A stretch of 64,000 bases of DNA, taken from NCBI GenBank assembly GCA_964016885.1, contig OZ024763.1, forward strand, positions 9,300,001 to 9,364,000, in the 5' to 3' direction. Below the pieces are notes generated by a model. That model was not told where the DNA came from, ran no database searches, and saw only the letters and a program-made list of their open reading frames with translations. The position numbers and the translations under genes are program-made. This document shows positions 26,191 to 40,280 of the stretch, in pieces; within the stretch, counting starts at the first letter, position 1, and every line of letters starts with the position of its first letter. Source of the DNA: Eledone cirrhosa. Lineage: Eukaryota.

Positions 26191-26879
26191 TTATTATTAT
26201 TACGGGGTCGATAAAATAAAGTACCAGTAATGCACGTGGTAATTGCTGGCCTTGTGCCAAAAAGTAGAAACAATTATTATTACTGTAAATAATGTTTAAA
26301 AAGTTTTTATCATAAATAAAGTTTGTATATAAATGGAATTTAGAATAAATTTCTATGTTTCGCTTTCTTCTAATATATAAGGAACACTTTCATTTCTGGG
26401 TGCGTCTTTTAGAAGGCCTGTGGTTGGCCCTTTATCGATTTGTCTGTGTGCCTGTCTGTTGTACATGGCGCAAAGAGCTATGTTGTGGTAACCTGTCTTG
26501 CTAGAAATGACAGCGAACAGACACATACAGATTGAGTTGTAACTATTTATGTACTACTCTTTCTGTATCTATGTCTTCCTATCAATCTATCAACATTGTG
26601 GTCACTGGTTTCGCTAGAAATGACAGTGAAATAAAACACTAGCTTCTAGAACATACACCCATTGATTCGTATCTATCTCTGTATTTTTGTCTCTAAGTAT
26701 TCCTATTTATCTATCACCAACTACATAAAGCATTCTCCAAAAGAGATGAACTGGATTTGTCTAGTATATAATAAAATACAAAATTGGAAGGATTTTTTTT
26801 TTATTGACATTTAGATTTTCTTATTTCATTAATGCTATCTATACTTTCACATGTATATATGTGTGTGTGTGTATATCTA

Positions 26880-29800
26880 TCTATATATATATATAAATGC
26901 AAGTTTACGATTCTGTGTGTCCGCCAAAAACTAGCAAACTACCGGACCAAACTCCTCAAAATTATATGTACATATTCACTATACACTCGGACAGGTAACG
27001 GTCAAAAAAGTTTTACTTTGCAAAGCAAGGAATTCATTTAAATTCAATTTATCTATTTTCTAATGAATATCAAAAGAGATCATCCATTTTGGTTTTTCAT
27101 GTTCTCCAGTCTGTAGATAAGAGAGTGAGGAATGGGAAAGAGAGAGAGTGGGAGATGGGAGAGAGAGTAAGGGAATGAGAGAGAAAGAGAGAGTGAGTGG
27201 ATGGGAGAGAGAGAGAGTAAGGGGATGTGAGAGAGAAAGAGAGAGAGGGAAAGCAGCAAGTGTTAACTTTTATTTATTTATTATTTTTACACACTTTTTA
27301 ACTTTCCCGCTTCCTTAACGTTATTTATCTTTTCTTTATTTTTTGTTCTCTATTCTGTAGAGAGAGGGGGGGGGGGGGAATCAGCCAACGTTCATTAACT
27401 TTTATTTATTATTTTTACACACTTCTTAACTCTGCCAATGTTATTTATCTTTTATTTATATTTTGTTCGCTATTCTGTAGAGGATGAGAGAGAGAAAAGA
27501 TGGGAGAGAAAAACAAAAGTAAAGAGGCAGGAGAGAGGGAGGGTGATTGGAAGGATTCTTTACCTAACGTGTGTCCGCGTTTATATATAAGAATAAAAAA
27601 TGATAATTTCAGAATGCAATCTGAAATCCCAATATTTTCTACATATTTCTAAAATTAATTACACCTAATATACATTGACATAAAGAGATCATTTAAAACA
27701 ACTTTACTGAGTGAACAATACATTCTATAGTTATTTCTATTTCGGGAAGAGTGTGGTGTGTAATAATTGTTTCTACTTTTGGCACAAGGCCAGCAATTAT
27801 TCCAGTGCATTACTGGTACTTTATTTTACCGTGTGGTGTGTAATAATATCACTTCAAATGCCTAGAAAACGTTCCAGATCATTATATGGAAGGTCATCTT
27901 CAGAGGCTAAGAGAAAGAAAACACAGCGATCTGAAGAAAGTGAAGAAGTTCGGCATGCCTGTCTAGCTGCTAACAGAGCCCAAACAGCTTTAGCACGAGC
28001 ACACCGTTTGGATGAAAGGGAACAAAGGACTGCTGCTACACGAGAACAAATTAAGGAACAGCAGCAAATCAGACAAAATGCTAATCAAGCACATCGTTCT
28101 ACTGCCCGAGCAGGAGAACAAGCCACAAGTAAAATGAACTGGCTGATGGGTGCTTTTTCTTATGACCCCCAAAAGGACTACTGCAGTAATCCACAAATCA
28201 ACATTGGGAAAATGAACAAATGCTGCCAGTATTGTGGTGCCAAGATGTGAGCAGCAGAAACACCAAGTCTATGCTGCTCAAAAGGCAAAGTGAGCCTTAA
28301 AACAATACAAGAACCTCCTGAATTTCTGAAGAATCTGCTCCTTCAGCATACACCAGAAGCACGACACTTCAATAAATACATCATAAAATATAATTCTGCC
28401 TTTCAAATGACATCTTTTGGGGCTGACAGGAATGTGATTGACTTTAGATTCTGTACAACTTATAAAATTCAGGGACAGTGTTACCACTTAATGGGTGGCC
28501 TTCTGCCACTTTCACAGGAGCCTCACAAATTTTTGCAGGTTTACTTCATGGGTGGAAATGAAACACAGGCACAACAAAGATGTCCATGGTGGATTGCAGT
28601 TCTACATAGTCATAAAGTTAGAAGAAATGCTTCAACAACATCACATGTATGTCAGTGTATTCAAATATGCACTGGAGCATATGAACAACACCAGAGATCG
28701 TAAAATCATCATTAGGGCAGACAAACGTCCAGCTTCAGAACATGAACGCAGATTCAATGCACCTGTCACTGATGAAGTTGCAATCATAATGGTTGATGAA
28801 CAGCATGAACGACATGACATTGTTTTGCAAAAACAAAGTGGACATTTGAAGCGAATTTGTGAAACTCATAGAGCCTATGATTCACTCCAATATCCGCTCA
28901 TCTTTTGGAATGGTCAAGATGGATATCATTTTCAGCTACAGCAGATCAGCCCAGGAACGGGACAAGAAACTGACCGATCAATCAGCTGCAAAGAATTCTA
29001 TGATTATCGTTCCATGGTACGTGATCACTTCAACCAAGTTCTGTGATTTAAAGAAGTAACCAGCCAGTTCATGGTGGACATGTATGCCAAAATTGAAACA
29101 GAAAGATTGGGTTTTCTGCGAAGGAATCAAACTAAGTTGAGGGCAGATAACTACATCCACCTTAGAGATGTCATCAATTCTGATGTTGATGCAAGAAATT
29201 TTGGCCAGCCAATCATACTACCATCAAGCTTCACAGGAGGACCACGTTACATGCATGAACGTATGCAAGATGCAATGGCCTATGTCAGATCTCTTCATTA
29301 CATTTACATGCAATTCAAACTGGTCAGAAATATCAAATGAATTATTTCAAAATCAAAAAACCAACGGAACGACATGACCTCATTGCTCGGGTTTTACATG
29401 AAAAGCAAAAAAAAAACTCATCTGGCTCCTAAAAGAAGGAAGAATCTTTGGTGAGCTTAGTGCTTGGATGACCACTATTGAGTGGCAGAAGAGAGGTCTT
29501 CCTCACTCTCGCACACTAATCTGGAGCAAGGAGAAGATAAGACCAGATGATGTTGATAAGATCATTTCAGCAGAGTTGTCTGATAAAGGTGGTGATCCAG
29601 AGCTTTTTGAAACCATCAAGTCCAAACTCAGAGGCTGGATTGACGACTCCATGGTCCATGTGGAGTCATCAATCCAGCCTCTCCCTGCATGAAAGATCAA
29701 AAATGCAGCATACATTATCCTAGAGCTTTTATTCGGGAAACTCGGACTGACAATAATGGATACCCCCTTTATTGTAGACCAGAACATGGAGGCAATACTG

Positions 29801-31541
29801 CAAGCCTAACAGTTCGAGGAGAGGAGCTGACCATAAACAATCAGTTGGTCGTCCCACACAACAAATTGTTGTGTAAACTTTAAAAAGCTCATATCAATGT
29901 TGAGTATTGCAGCTCTGTCAAGGCAATCCTATATGTCACAAAATATATCAACAAGGGCAGTGACATGGCTACCGTTATTACTGACAAAGAACTCAATGAT
30001 GGTGGGCTGGATGAGGTCAAACGGTATCAAACAGGTCGACACATCTCCAGCAATGAAGCTATTTGGTGAATCTTTGGATTTGATATCCATCAACGCCACC
30101 CAACAGTGATCAACCTCGCAGTCCATCTGGAAAATGGACAGAGTGTGTACTTCACTGAGATCACTGCTCATCAGTTGGCACAAGCATCACATGACACTAC
30201 ACTAACTGCTTTCTTTAAACTCTGCCAGAATGATGAATTTGCTCGATCCCTCCTATACGCTGAAGTCCCAACATACTACACGTGGACCAATTGCAAGACC
30301 TGGAATCGAAGAAAGCAGGGTCATGAAGTCAAGTGATGCTATTGGGCGTGTTTACAATGTCCATCCCAACAACAGAGAATGTTTTTATTTACGGCTACTT
30401 CTGCATACTGTTCGAGGACCAACGTCATTTGAGGATCTTAGGTGCTTCAGAGGAAAGGAGTGCGGAACATACCAAGAAGCATGTAAGAGGCATGGACACT
30501 GGAAGAAGTGCCTAGAAGAAGCAGCAATCACTCAAGTAGCCAGTCAAATAAGACAATTATTTGCTATTATGCTCACAGCATGTGGAATTGAGGAAGCTCA
30601 TCTACTCTGGCAGGAGTACAAAAACAATATGTCGGATGACTATCTACACCTAGCCCGAAGACATCATGGCAATATGTATATGGAATATACCCCCAGGATT
30701 TACAATCAAGCTCTCTGTGATCTGTCCCATTGAGTTCAGGCAATGAATAGCACATTAGCTAACTGCGGGATGCCAGAGCAAGATGAAATAATGGAGGTAG
30801 CACAAGACATTTTTCAGGAGACAAACTACGATATTCAAGCATTGCATAAGTTTGTGGATTGATGGAAGACCAGAAATATGCCTACCACAACATCATCAAA
30901 AACATTCAAAATGACAGGGGAGGACTTTTCTTCATCGATGCTCCTGCTGGCACAGGCAAGACATTCCTCATAAACCTCCTGCTTGCAAAAGTTCGCCAAA
31001 AGCAACATATTGCCCTTGGTGTGGCTTCAAGTGGCATTGAAGCAACACTTCTGGATGGAGGAAGAACTGCATCCTATCTCTGGCCCCACTTTCAGCTGCT
31101 GAGCCTTACAACCAACATGCGAGTGCACTTAACTGGTGACAAAGGTGGTTTTTAAAATAGTCTTTACATGTTTGAATTTCAGAGGTTCAGATTGAGCAAA
31201 AAAAAAAAAAAAAAACAGAAAGAAAGAAAAGGATAAATAAAAAAAATCCAAATGTACTTTTTTGGTCATGCCCTTTTCACTGACAACATACCTAATGATT
31301 CATCTATGAGTAAAGCATTATATATGCTGACTGTAATAGGGAGCAGTATTAAAAAAAAATCACCACTGGAAAAAACTAATATTTTTATCTAGATGATTTA
31401 CTTTGACCAAACGGCAATAAATATTCTGCTATAATTCCTACTTTGGTTAAAATTCAGCAATCATATTTGAATGGTCAAATATTTTGGTATGTGTGACAAA
31501 TATATTGTAACTATCACAAAATACCCGGGTATCACAGCTAG
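26880..31541 (+). mobile_element. Helitron with both termini; Rep region decayed, most of the helicase deleted
   Basis: 5' A|TCTATATAT; YNSAFQMTSFG, RFNAP..DEVA, ILPSSFTGGPRYM, IEWQKRGLPH, FIDAPAGTGKT; 3' palindrome atacccgggtat then CTAG|T at 31538-31541. Confidence 0.92.
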
Positions 31542-32262
31542 TATAATATAAAAGAAAGCTGTTTATTGGTTGGTTGAATCACACAAAAACTACACATTTC
31601 TAAAGAGAGAGAAAGATAAGCCGTTATACAGAGAGATACAATTAAAGTGTTGGTTATTTAACACATGGTGTTAATGAGGCTGTTTGCTTCCAAACAAACC
31701 AAATATTAATAATATATTATTATTGTTATTCACTCATGAATACATATAGGTCTCCACCATGTTATGAGTGAACACAAATTTTGTTTATATATATATATAT
31801 ATATACTTTGTTTTTTAATTTGTTTTGCCATATTTCTTATCTGAAAATGTGTGTTAAACAGATATTGTTATACTTTGGGAGGGTCATGCTGCCAATAAAA
31901 ACACTTGCACCTGTTGGTTTTTCACTTCAATTTATTATAAATTTCCGGTTGGTTGGTTTGATAACCAAATGGTTGTTTATATATTGTAAAAGCTCTTTCG
32001 TCACACATTCGGTGACAACATCAGTGAATGAGTTTTTATTTTGTGTCTCTCCTTTGTTCTATCCTACACCATCTTGTTTTTGTGTTGTGTGCTTGGTTTG
32101 TGCATGTGTTTATTTACTTGTCATTAGTTGGTTTTTGGTTCCATGTGTGTGTCTGATTTGTTTTCTTAGTTTAGTTTTTGTGTGTTTATCTTTATTTTGT
32201 CCTTAGTTACTAGTTGTGATGTCAATAAACCCCCAACCCAATGTTACAGTAGTGGTATAGAC

Positions 32263-32425
32263 CAGGCATGTCAAACTGAAGCTTCTCCAAGGACTACATG
32301 GGTCACATATTTTATCTGAGGGGCACACACGACAACTAACTGCGCACATTAAAATAAAATTTACGAAGATAAAACATGGTCGCACTATAAAAACCTTTGT
32401 GAAGGCCGCATGTTTGACATGCCTG
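32263..32425. mobile_element. hAT MITE
   Basis: TIRs caggcatgtcaaac / gtttgacatgcctg; 8-bp TSD gtatagac / gtataaac. Confidence 0.9.
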
Positions 32426-32555
32426 GTATAAACAATGTTGCGGTAGTGGTAGAGTGGTGTAAGATGACACGGAGGCGTGTGGCGGTATCTAGAAAACAGT
32501 GTCTGAAAGGAAAACCAGAAAAGACAGGCAAAAAAGTTGTCAAAGAATAATAGTT

Positions 32556-32790
32556 AGGTATGTATATTGGTTGGTAGACAGAGGTAGGTAGATAGGTTGG
32601 TTGGTAGGTAGATAGATAGGTAGGTAGGTTGGTAGGTAGACAGAGGTAGATAGGTTGGTAGACAGAGGTAGGTAGGTAGGTTGGTAGACAGAGGTAGGTA
32701 GATAGGTAGGTTGGTTGGTAGGTAGGTAGACAGAGGTAGGTAGGTAGATAGGTTGGTAGACAGAGGTAGGTAGGTAGATAGACAGACAGT
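32556..32790. repeat. Compound (GGTA/GATA/GACA)n microsatellite
   Basis: Directly visible; shorter paralog at about 6780-6860. Confidence 0.95.
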
Positions 32791-33246
32791 CAGATAGATA
32801 TGTTGAGGTGGGGGGGGGGATAAAGAGAAGACGAGAAAAAAATTACAAGACAACATCGATAAAGTGAAAGACAAAGTAAACTATGCCATAAGCTGGAGAG
32901 ATTGAAAAGTGGATTATCAAATGGACCAAGGAAACTGTTTCCATTGGTGATACTATCTGCCGGTACACACACACAGATAGTAGAGGAATTTGAAATCAGA
33001 CTTCGCCACTTTGAACTCAAGACAAAATTAGACAACGTCAATCCACAGTCCCTGGACTGGTAATGGTGCTTTTTTTATCGAGCACCCCCAAAATAATTAA
33101 AAGTAAAGCACGAGCAAGTCTTGAACTCAGAATGTGTGAGCCGGAATAAATACCGAAACATTTAAATCCGATGTTTAACGATTTTGCCAATTCGCAGCCA
33201 ACATAGAGGAAGTCATATTTAAAAAATGGAATGAAAGTGTCTGAGA

Positions 33247-33282
<36 letters not shown>

Positions 33283-34029
33283 GGCGGAGAATTGGCAGTA
33301 TTGATAGCGGGTCGGACCCCATGCTTTCCAGCATAGTTACGTCCCTTTACGGTCTGAGTTCAAATCCCGTCAAGGTTAACTTTGCCTTTCATCCGTACGG
33401 GGTCGATAAATAAAGTACCAGTAATGTACTGTATAATTGCTGGCCTTGTTCCAAAAGTAGAAACAATTATATATATTTGGGAGGGGGCGGATTTGGTCAA
33501 TTTAGTTGTGATTAGTTTAGCTGGAAAGAAAATAATCCAGAAATTCAGACATGCAGGAAATAAGGAAGAATTAAAAATATCATAACCATTGTTAGGGGAA
33601 GAAACAATTTAACTTCCTTGCTTAAAAAGACAAATCAAATGACAACAACAATAATAACAAAGTACTTATTCAAAAATAAACTATCGGACCATTAAGTGGA
33701 TTGAAAAACAAGTATATTTGAAGTTTAGGAAAACAAATGTGTGTACAAATGAGGTAAACATTTTCAACTTTCCCCTTTTTTCGCATGAGTGTATGCTTTT
33801 TCCAAGACAACTTCAAAATATTCTTCAAGGAACTGGATTTTCCATTCCGTTGGATCACTTAACTCCCAGAGCCATTCAAACGGATTTTACCATTTACAAT
33901 CTACGGAGAGGAATAACAGATCTTCGGAAGAAAAAAAAAATTTTTAAGGATTGGTTGTGGCAACAACGCAGGGAACCAACCTGGAGCAATTGTATCACAC
34001 AATTATACATTCCTCCTTAACATACACTT

Positions 34030-37000
34030 ACAATTTTTCTCTTTGCATGTTCAGTGCTCTTTCTCTCCCACTGTATTTACCTGCCTCTCACATGACCACA
34101 CCCCTCTCCACACACTCATAATCTTCTACCCCCTTCTCCACTTTCTATCCCTCCCCTTGCTCACCCCTTACTTCGTCCTCGTACACAGCCCACCTATGTA
34201 TTCGTTCAGCCCGTCGGTGGCCCAATGTTTCAATCAAACTATCACTGCCGATTGCTAAAGTTGCCACCACTTTAACCTAGTCCACTCTAGGTGGCGGTGG
34301 CATGCGTTGAACAACCAAGAGACCTGCTTGGTGGAACGACTATGTGACAAACGGTCAGCCTTCGACCTCTCATTCTCCACCAACTGTGGCATGCACGAAA
34401 GGAGCAAACTTTCCCCCCTCATCGCAGATTCTGAACGAATCCAACCCGGCCAACTTCACGACCCCTACAACTGTTGGCCAAACACCCAACCTCCGCTCTA
34501 GTCCCACCGTTAGAACCACTGCTGTCTCCTTTACTGACTCACTCCCTCCACAGAATTCCAACGCTGGCCCTCTACTGCCGGCTGCTGCCAGCCCACCACC
34601 CGATTGTGCTCTCTGTGCCCGCACTAGCCGGTACTTAAAGACAATTAAATGTCACCTATGCCACGCAAGCTACCACAGATGTTGTGTGGGCATCACCAAA
34701 GCTCAAGCCGAAAGCCTTCAAGATTGGACCTGTAATCGGTGCCACTTCAGCTCCGACGTATTCCATGGGGATGCCCCACACTTTGATGACCAACTCTCTA
34801 CCAACAACTTTGCCACAGCCCTCCAAAGCTCGTTAACTGGAGCCTAAGGGAGTTCGGAATAGCTTTGCACGTGCCCTCTCTAATTTACTGAAAAACGTTT
34901 GCTCCTCCAACAATAGGTCTGACTGGCAGAAATTGTTTTTGTTTCCCCTCATCTCTCTTCACGTGCACAATGCGAACTCGGGTTCCCTCACATCCTCTCT
35001 CAAGCGGCAGTTCCAGCTGTTTGAGTCCACCCCAACCACGTCTCATCTCAGTTCGACACCAAGCTCGATGTCCACCAACAGACAACCGATAGACCTCAAG
35101 CGAGTGGTAAAATTCAGCGAATTTGATATTGAAGGGGCTGTCCGTCTCCTCTCTTCTCTGTCCTCCCTTGCTCCGTGCAACTCTGACTCTCTTGAGCGTC
35201 TGAAAGAGAAGCACCCATTGCACCCCCAGATGATCAGCTACACTGGCCCGAACCACCAGAATGCTTGAGACCAGTTTACACCACTGATATCATTTCATCC
35301 TTCCCTGCTGGGTCAGGCGCAGGAATTAACAGCCTTCGTCCTCAACAACTCAAGGATGGTAACACCTTATCGGCCTGTGACGCCGGACTCAAGCTCTTGG
35401 AGAGTCTGACTCGGTTTGTGAATCAGTTCTCTTCAGTGAACGTTCTCCCGTTCATCTGCCCACTGTTCTTCGGTGCGAAGCTATTTGGTCTCACCAAGCC
35501 CAACGGGGACCTGCGCCCCATTGCGGTTGGCTGCACTTTTCTCCGCTTCACTGCAAAGGCATGTTTACTGTTGGTCTCCGACTCACTGGCGGAGGAATTT
35601 TCCCCCATCCAGCTGGGGGTGGGTACCAGGTTGGGATGTGAGGCTGCTGTCCACGCTGCCAGAGCATTTGCCAACTTGCCCTCCTCGTCCCCCAAGATCA
35701 TCCTCAAACTTGACCTCAGGAATGCCTTCAACTCCGTCAGCCATGACATCGTCCTCAGCTCAGTAAGAGAGAGGGTCCCACAACTCTACCACTTTGCTTG
35801 GCAGGCTTATCGGGAGCCCTCCTACCTCTCTTTCTGTGACCAGATCATCACCTCTGCCTCAGGATCCAACAGGGTGACCCACTTGAGCCCGCACTGTTTG
35901 CACTGGGCATTGATGACGTCACCAAGATGGGGGCTGAGTTGGACCTCAATGACGCCTGTTTGGGGGAACTCCGGATATGGTTCTCGCCACTGCCAACAGG
36001 ATGGTGGAGGAGCATGGCCGCCGGGGTCTCCAGATCAATAGCTCCAAATGTGAGCTCTGGATCCTCAACCACCCGGCTTCTCAACACCAACAGCTGATTG
36101 ACCTGTTCGCAGAGTCCTTCCCTTCCATTGTGGTCCTTCCCCCGTCAGCTTGGTGCTCCTTAGGAGCCCCAATCACAGACCTGGCCTTTGAGTCAACCTT
36201 CCAATTGAAGATGGTTGGCCTTGAGCAGCTGCTGAGGAATATTGAGGTTATCGAACCTCATCAAGGTTTCTTCTTACTCAGGGTCAGCCCCTCTCACAGA
36301 TTTCCGTCCTGCCTCCAACGCTTCAACGACCTAATCTTCCAGAGACTCGAGTGTCTGGTCAATGTTAGACTCTCTCCGGAGTCCCGCGATCAGGCTGCGT
36401 TGCCCAAGCGATTTGGGAGTCTTGGTCTCCGTAAGTTTTCGTCCTTCTCTCTCCCCTGCTTCCACCCACGCTTGCTCCACCCTGGTGAGCAGCATCCTCT
36501 CCTCTCCAACATGGACTAGTTCCAATAGGGAGTTGGGTGAAGCTCTCCAGCAGTTGAGTGAGCTGGGCTAGTCTCTTCCTGAGAAGGTGGAGGACAGTCG
36601 AAGTCAGAGAGCTTGGGACAGCATAAGTTCGAAGGCCACCTTCGACTCCCTCTTCGTCCAGTCAGATCAGTTTACAAGGTGCCGCTTACTATCTGCCAGC
36701 GCCAAATACTCAGGTGACTTGAGTCGATGCACTACCCATGGCTAACGTTGGTGGTCTACTCAGCCTGGATGAACTTTGTGTTTCCATTTCCCTCAGGGTG
36801 GGAGCCGTCTGCATGGCTTTGAGGTGCCCATGCGGCAAACTCCTTGACACTACAGGCCTCCACGGTCTTTCTTGCCATCTGAATGCCAGCCACTTTGCGC
36901 GTCACATGGAGCTAAACCTCATTCTGAAGAGAGCTTTGGCCCGGGCGAATATCCCCTAGGTCTTGGAACCATCTAGGTTGTCCAGAAGTGATGGCAAAAA

Positions 37001-37505
37001 ACCTAACGGTCTTACCCTGTGTCGAGAGGCAGGTGCATTTTCTGGGACGTCCCTGTTAGTGATTCTTTTGCTCTTTCCCACATCCTGGATGCTGCGGTTA
37101 GGACGAGAGCCACAGCTTCTGCAGCCCAGCGGAGTAAGACCCTCAAATACTCTGCTCTGTCGGCCAGCTACATTTTTCAGCCTGCGGCTTTCGTGACGTT
37201 TGGGGAAGTCGGGCCGCTGACTGCGAGGTTCCTTTCCTCACTGGCGGCTCGCCTAATAGAGGTGACTGGCGAATCTCGCGAGGGTGCTTGGCTGTTTCAG
37301 CGCATCAGCCTTGCCATTACCCGAGGCAACTCTGCCAGTGTGCTGGCTTGCCTCAAAAATCATTAGAGAGGTTGCCCAGTACTCGCGACGTTGCTGTCTT
37401 TTGCCCTGGTGTTGGCTCCGTTATTCACCCCTTCTTTTACATTTCCTTTAATATTGTAGCATTGAAGGAATATATCTTTCATTATATCATCCTTTGTAGT
37501 GTTAC
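34030..37505 (+). mobile_element. CRE-clade non-LTR retrotransposon (PHD-like finger, RT, zinc knuckle, restriction-like endonuclease), decayed, 3' end lost
   Basis: CALC..KCHLCHASYHRCC..WTCNRC; KPNGDLRPIAVG, QLGVG..GCEAAVH, KLDLRNAFNSV; CPCG..HGLSC, RH, DGKKPNGLT, WDV, FQRISLAITRGN; the 5' boundary is approximate. Confidence 0.88.
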
Positions 37506-37526
37506 ATAAATTGTAGCGCATATGTG

Positions 37527-37862
37527 GGTAATTTACTATTTTACGTTCGTAAACTAAACGATTCCCGAATGTCAATATAAACTTTATTAAAATTAATACA
37601 AATTACTGATAACAATTGAAAATGCTGCAAAAGTATTATCAGCAGGAACAGTATTTCGTCAAATAAATTCATGCAAATAGCTTGGGAAGAGGGCGTCTCA
37701 AGTAGCAAGTCGACGGATTTTACGTTTTGCCCCATCCACATATTTTCAACCAAACCGGTAATTTTACTTTTGCAGCATTTTCAATTGTTATCAGTAATTT
37801 GTATTAATTTTAATTGACATTCGGGAATCGTTTAGTTTATGAACGTAAAATAGTAAATTACC
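37527..37862. mobile_element. Merlin-type MITE
   Basis: Long TIRs ggtaatttactattttacgttc... / ...gaacgtaaaatagtaaattacc; 8-bp TSD catatgtg / gatatgtg; absent in the paralog near 12420. Confidence 0.8.
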
Positions 37863-39859
37863 GATATGTGTAAGCAGAGAGACGAATGAAGGATGTATGA
37901 TTTGTTGCTCTCTTATGTCCCTGAATATCTTCAAGTCAACACAGACAAGCCACAAAACGTACGCAGATAAAAAGAAGAATTCATTATTATTATTATTGTC
38001 TAAAGTAGAAACAATTATGATTGTTATTGTCAGTATATTGCTATTATTACTTGGCCAATATACCGCCGAGGTTAGCTTACAGAGTCTAATAAATAAAGCA
38101 CCAGTTAATGCCCTGGGGGGGGGGGGGGGTCGATTTAATTGACTTCCTCCCCACCCGCAGTAAAAAAAAATTGCTGGCCTTGTGCCTAAATCAGAAAATT
38201 ATTATTATTATTATTATTATTATTATTTATTACTTACCGTCTAGAAATCATTTTTTTTTTTAATGGTTGTGATTTCACTTTTTTTTTTTTTTTCCTTTTT
38301 TATAATGATTCGATCACTGTCGGTTGATTTCTTAAATTAATAATGATGATAATTTTCATATTGATTAAAAATATCCGGCTTGGAGATATATTATAAATCA
38401 GATATTTAGAGGTAATTCACGCCTTAAATTATTATTGCGTTCATAAGGCAGTGCGTTATATATTCATATTACGTATGAATGTATGTATGTGTGTGTATAT
38501 ATCTGTTTGTATTTATTTATGTATGTAAATATACACAGCATGTGTGTATATGTATTTACATACACACACACAGTACGTGTGTATGTATGTAAATTTCACA
38601 ATATGTATACACACGACGTGTGTATATATGCTTATGTATGTACATTTACACAGTATGTTGCAAAGGAGACGAAATGCAACAGACCCCCAAATAACTGAGA
38701 ACTGCTGTTGGAATCATCAGGAAGCGGAAGTTGACGAGAGAGAGTATGAGGGACATAAATACACGAATTAACATCAATGCGCACAGACACATGAATATAA
38801 GTACATATACATCCACGCAGTTGGCACATTTTCCAGAAAATTACGAGACGTTTACTTTGTAAGACAACCGGGTTTGTTCTCCCTATCTGAGTTTCAATGT
38901 GTCAACGGTACAATGGGTGTTTGTGACATCTTCACGGATGTACAAACACCTCCACCATCAGTTCTGCCAGTACGAAATACACCATATGTGTATTTCCCTA
39001 TCTGCTATGCAAGTTTTCATATACTAGACTACCCGCTGGGTCACGTGCACTTAAAAATAATTTTTAAATAATTAAAATAAACACAGACATGTTTATAATT
39101 TTAAATGAAAATGGAAAGTCTCACTTAATATTTTTTAAATATGCCAAAACATAAAATAATTTTTAAGAAAATTAAAATATTGTCTATGTAAAGAAAGCTA
39201 AAATATAAATATTTATTGTACCAACAACTTGTAGTTTCGAAATCACATTCACTTAAAAATATTTCTAAATAATTAAAATATTCTGTTTAACAAAAGCAAA
39301 AATATAGACATTTACTGTAAAAACTCATCCAGTCATATTCACTTAAAAATGTCTTTTTTTTTCTTTAATAATTAAAATATCGTCTGAAAGATACTTAAAG
39401 TACAAACAACTTGTATTTTTGAAATCATATTCACTGACATAAATATATATATATATATTAATCTTTTCTTAGCCATTTCTCTCTCTCCTATATACTGCAT
39501 GGTGTGAAAGAATTACATTTTACCTACTTTTTAATCCCAAGGAAAAGTATAAAAAGACTGGGATTCTTCTTTTATTGAAACATATTCTTAGTTCTTTATA
39601 TTTTAGTTAATATTTTATCGAACAAATTAGTTGCAATATGTATATAAATATACATTTATATGTATCATATGTATACACAATTACATAAGCTATTTTTACT
39701 AGGAACCTTGGATTTTTCTATAAGGTATTATTAAAAAATTATATTTTTAGTTCCTTTAGTAATGTATATATGTATGTTTTAAACTATTTCTACTTTAAGA
39801 AATATAAGAAATAAAATGTTATTTTATTACTCTTCTTTTCTATAGATGATAGCTTTTTA

Positions 39860-40258
39860 ACTAGAAATAGCCAACAATCTCCAACCAAACCCTACGGTTT
39901 ACCTTGCTAGTCAACTTATAAGGTAGGAGATGCTAGTGTGAAGGAGATTTGGCTGCTATTTCTACAAAAGAGAGTAGGTATGGTTTGTCTAGCTCTCACA
40001 GGCTGTGGTTTCTATCAGACTAGGCTAAAGTAGAGACATTTGGCTACAGTTTCAAGCAGTTTTAGCTAGAAATAGCCAACAGTCCTCAACAAATCTCCAA
40101 CCAAACCCTACGGTTTACCTTGCTAGTTAACTTATAAGGTAGGAGATTTGGCTGCTATTTCTACAAAAGAGGGTAGGTATGATTTGTCTAGCTCTCGCGG
40201 GCTTTGGCTAAAGTAGAGACATTTGGCTACGGTTTCAAGCAGTTTCAGCTAGAAATGA
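39860..40258. repeat. Tandem duplication of a ~200-bp unit containing a small inverted repeat
   Basis: ctagaaatagccaac...ggagatttggctgctatttcta...tttcaagcagttt occurs twice. Confidence 0.85.
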
Positions 40259-40280
40259 CCACATATCTTAAATATATATA

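Noticed and set aside
32554-32874. LPTYL-repeat ORF and other hydrophobic low-complexity ORFs (e.g. 1914-2265, 31781-32206)
   Set aside because: Translations of microsatellite or AT-rich noncoding DNA
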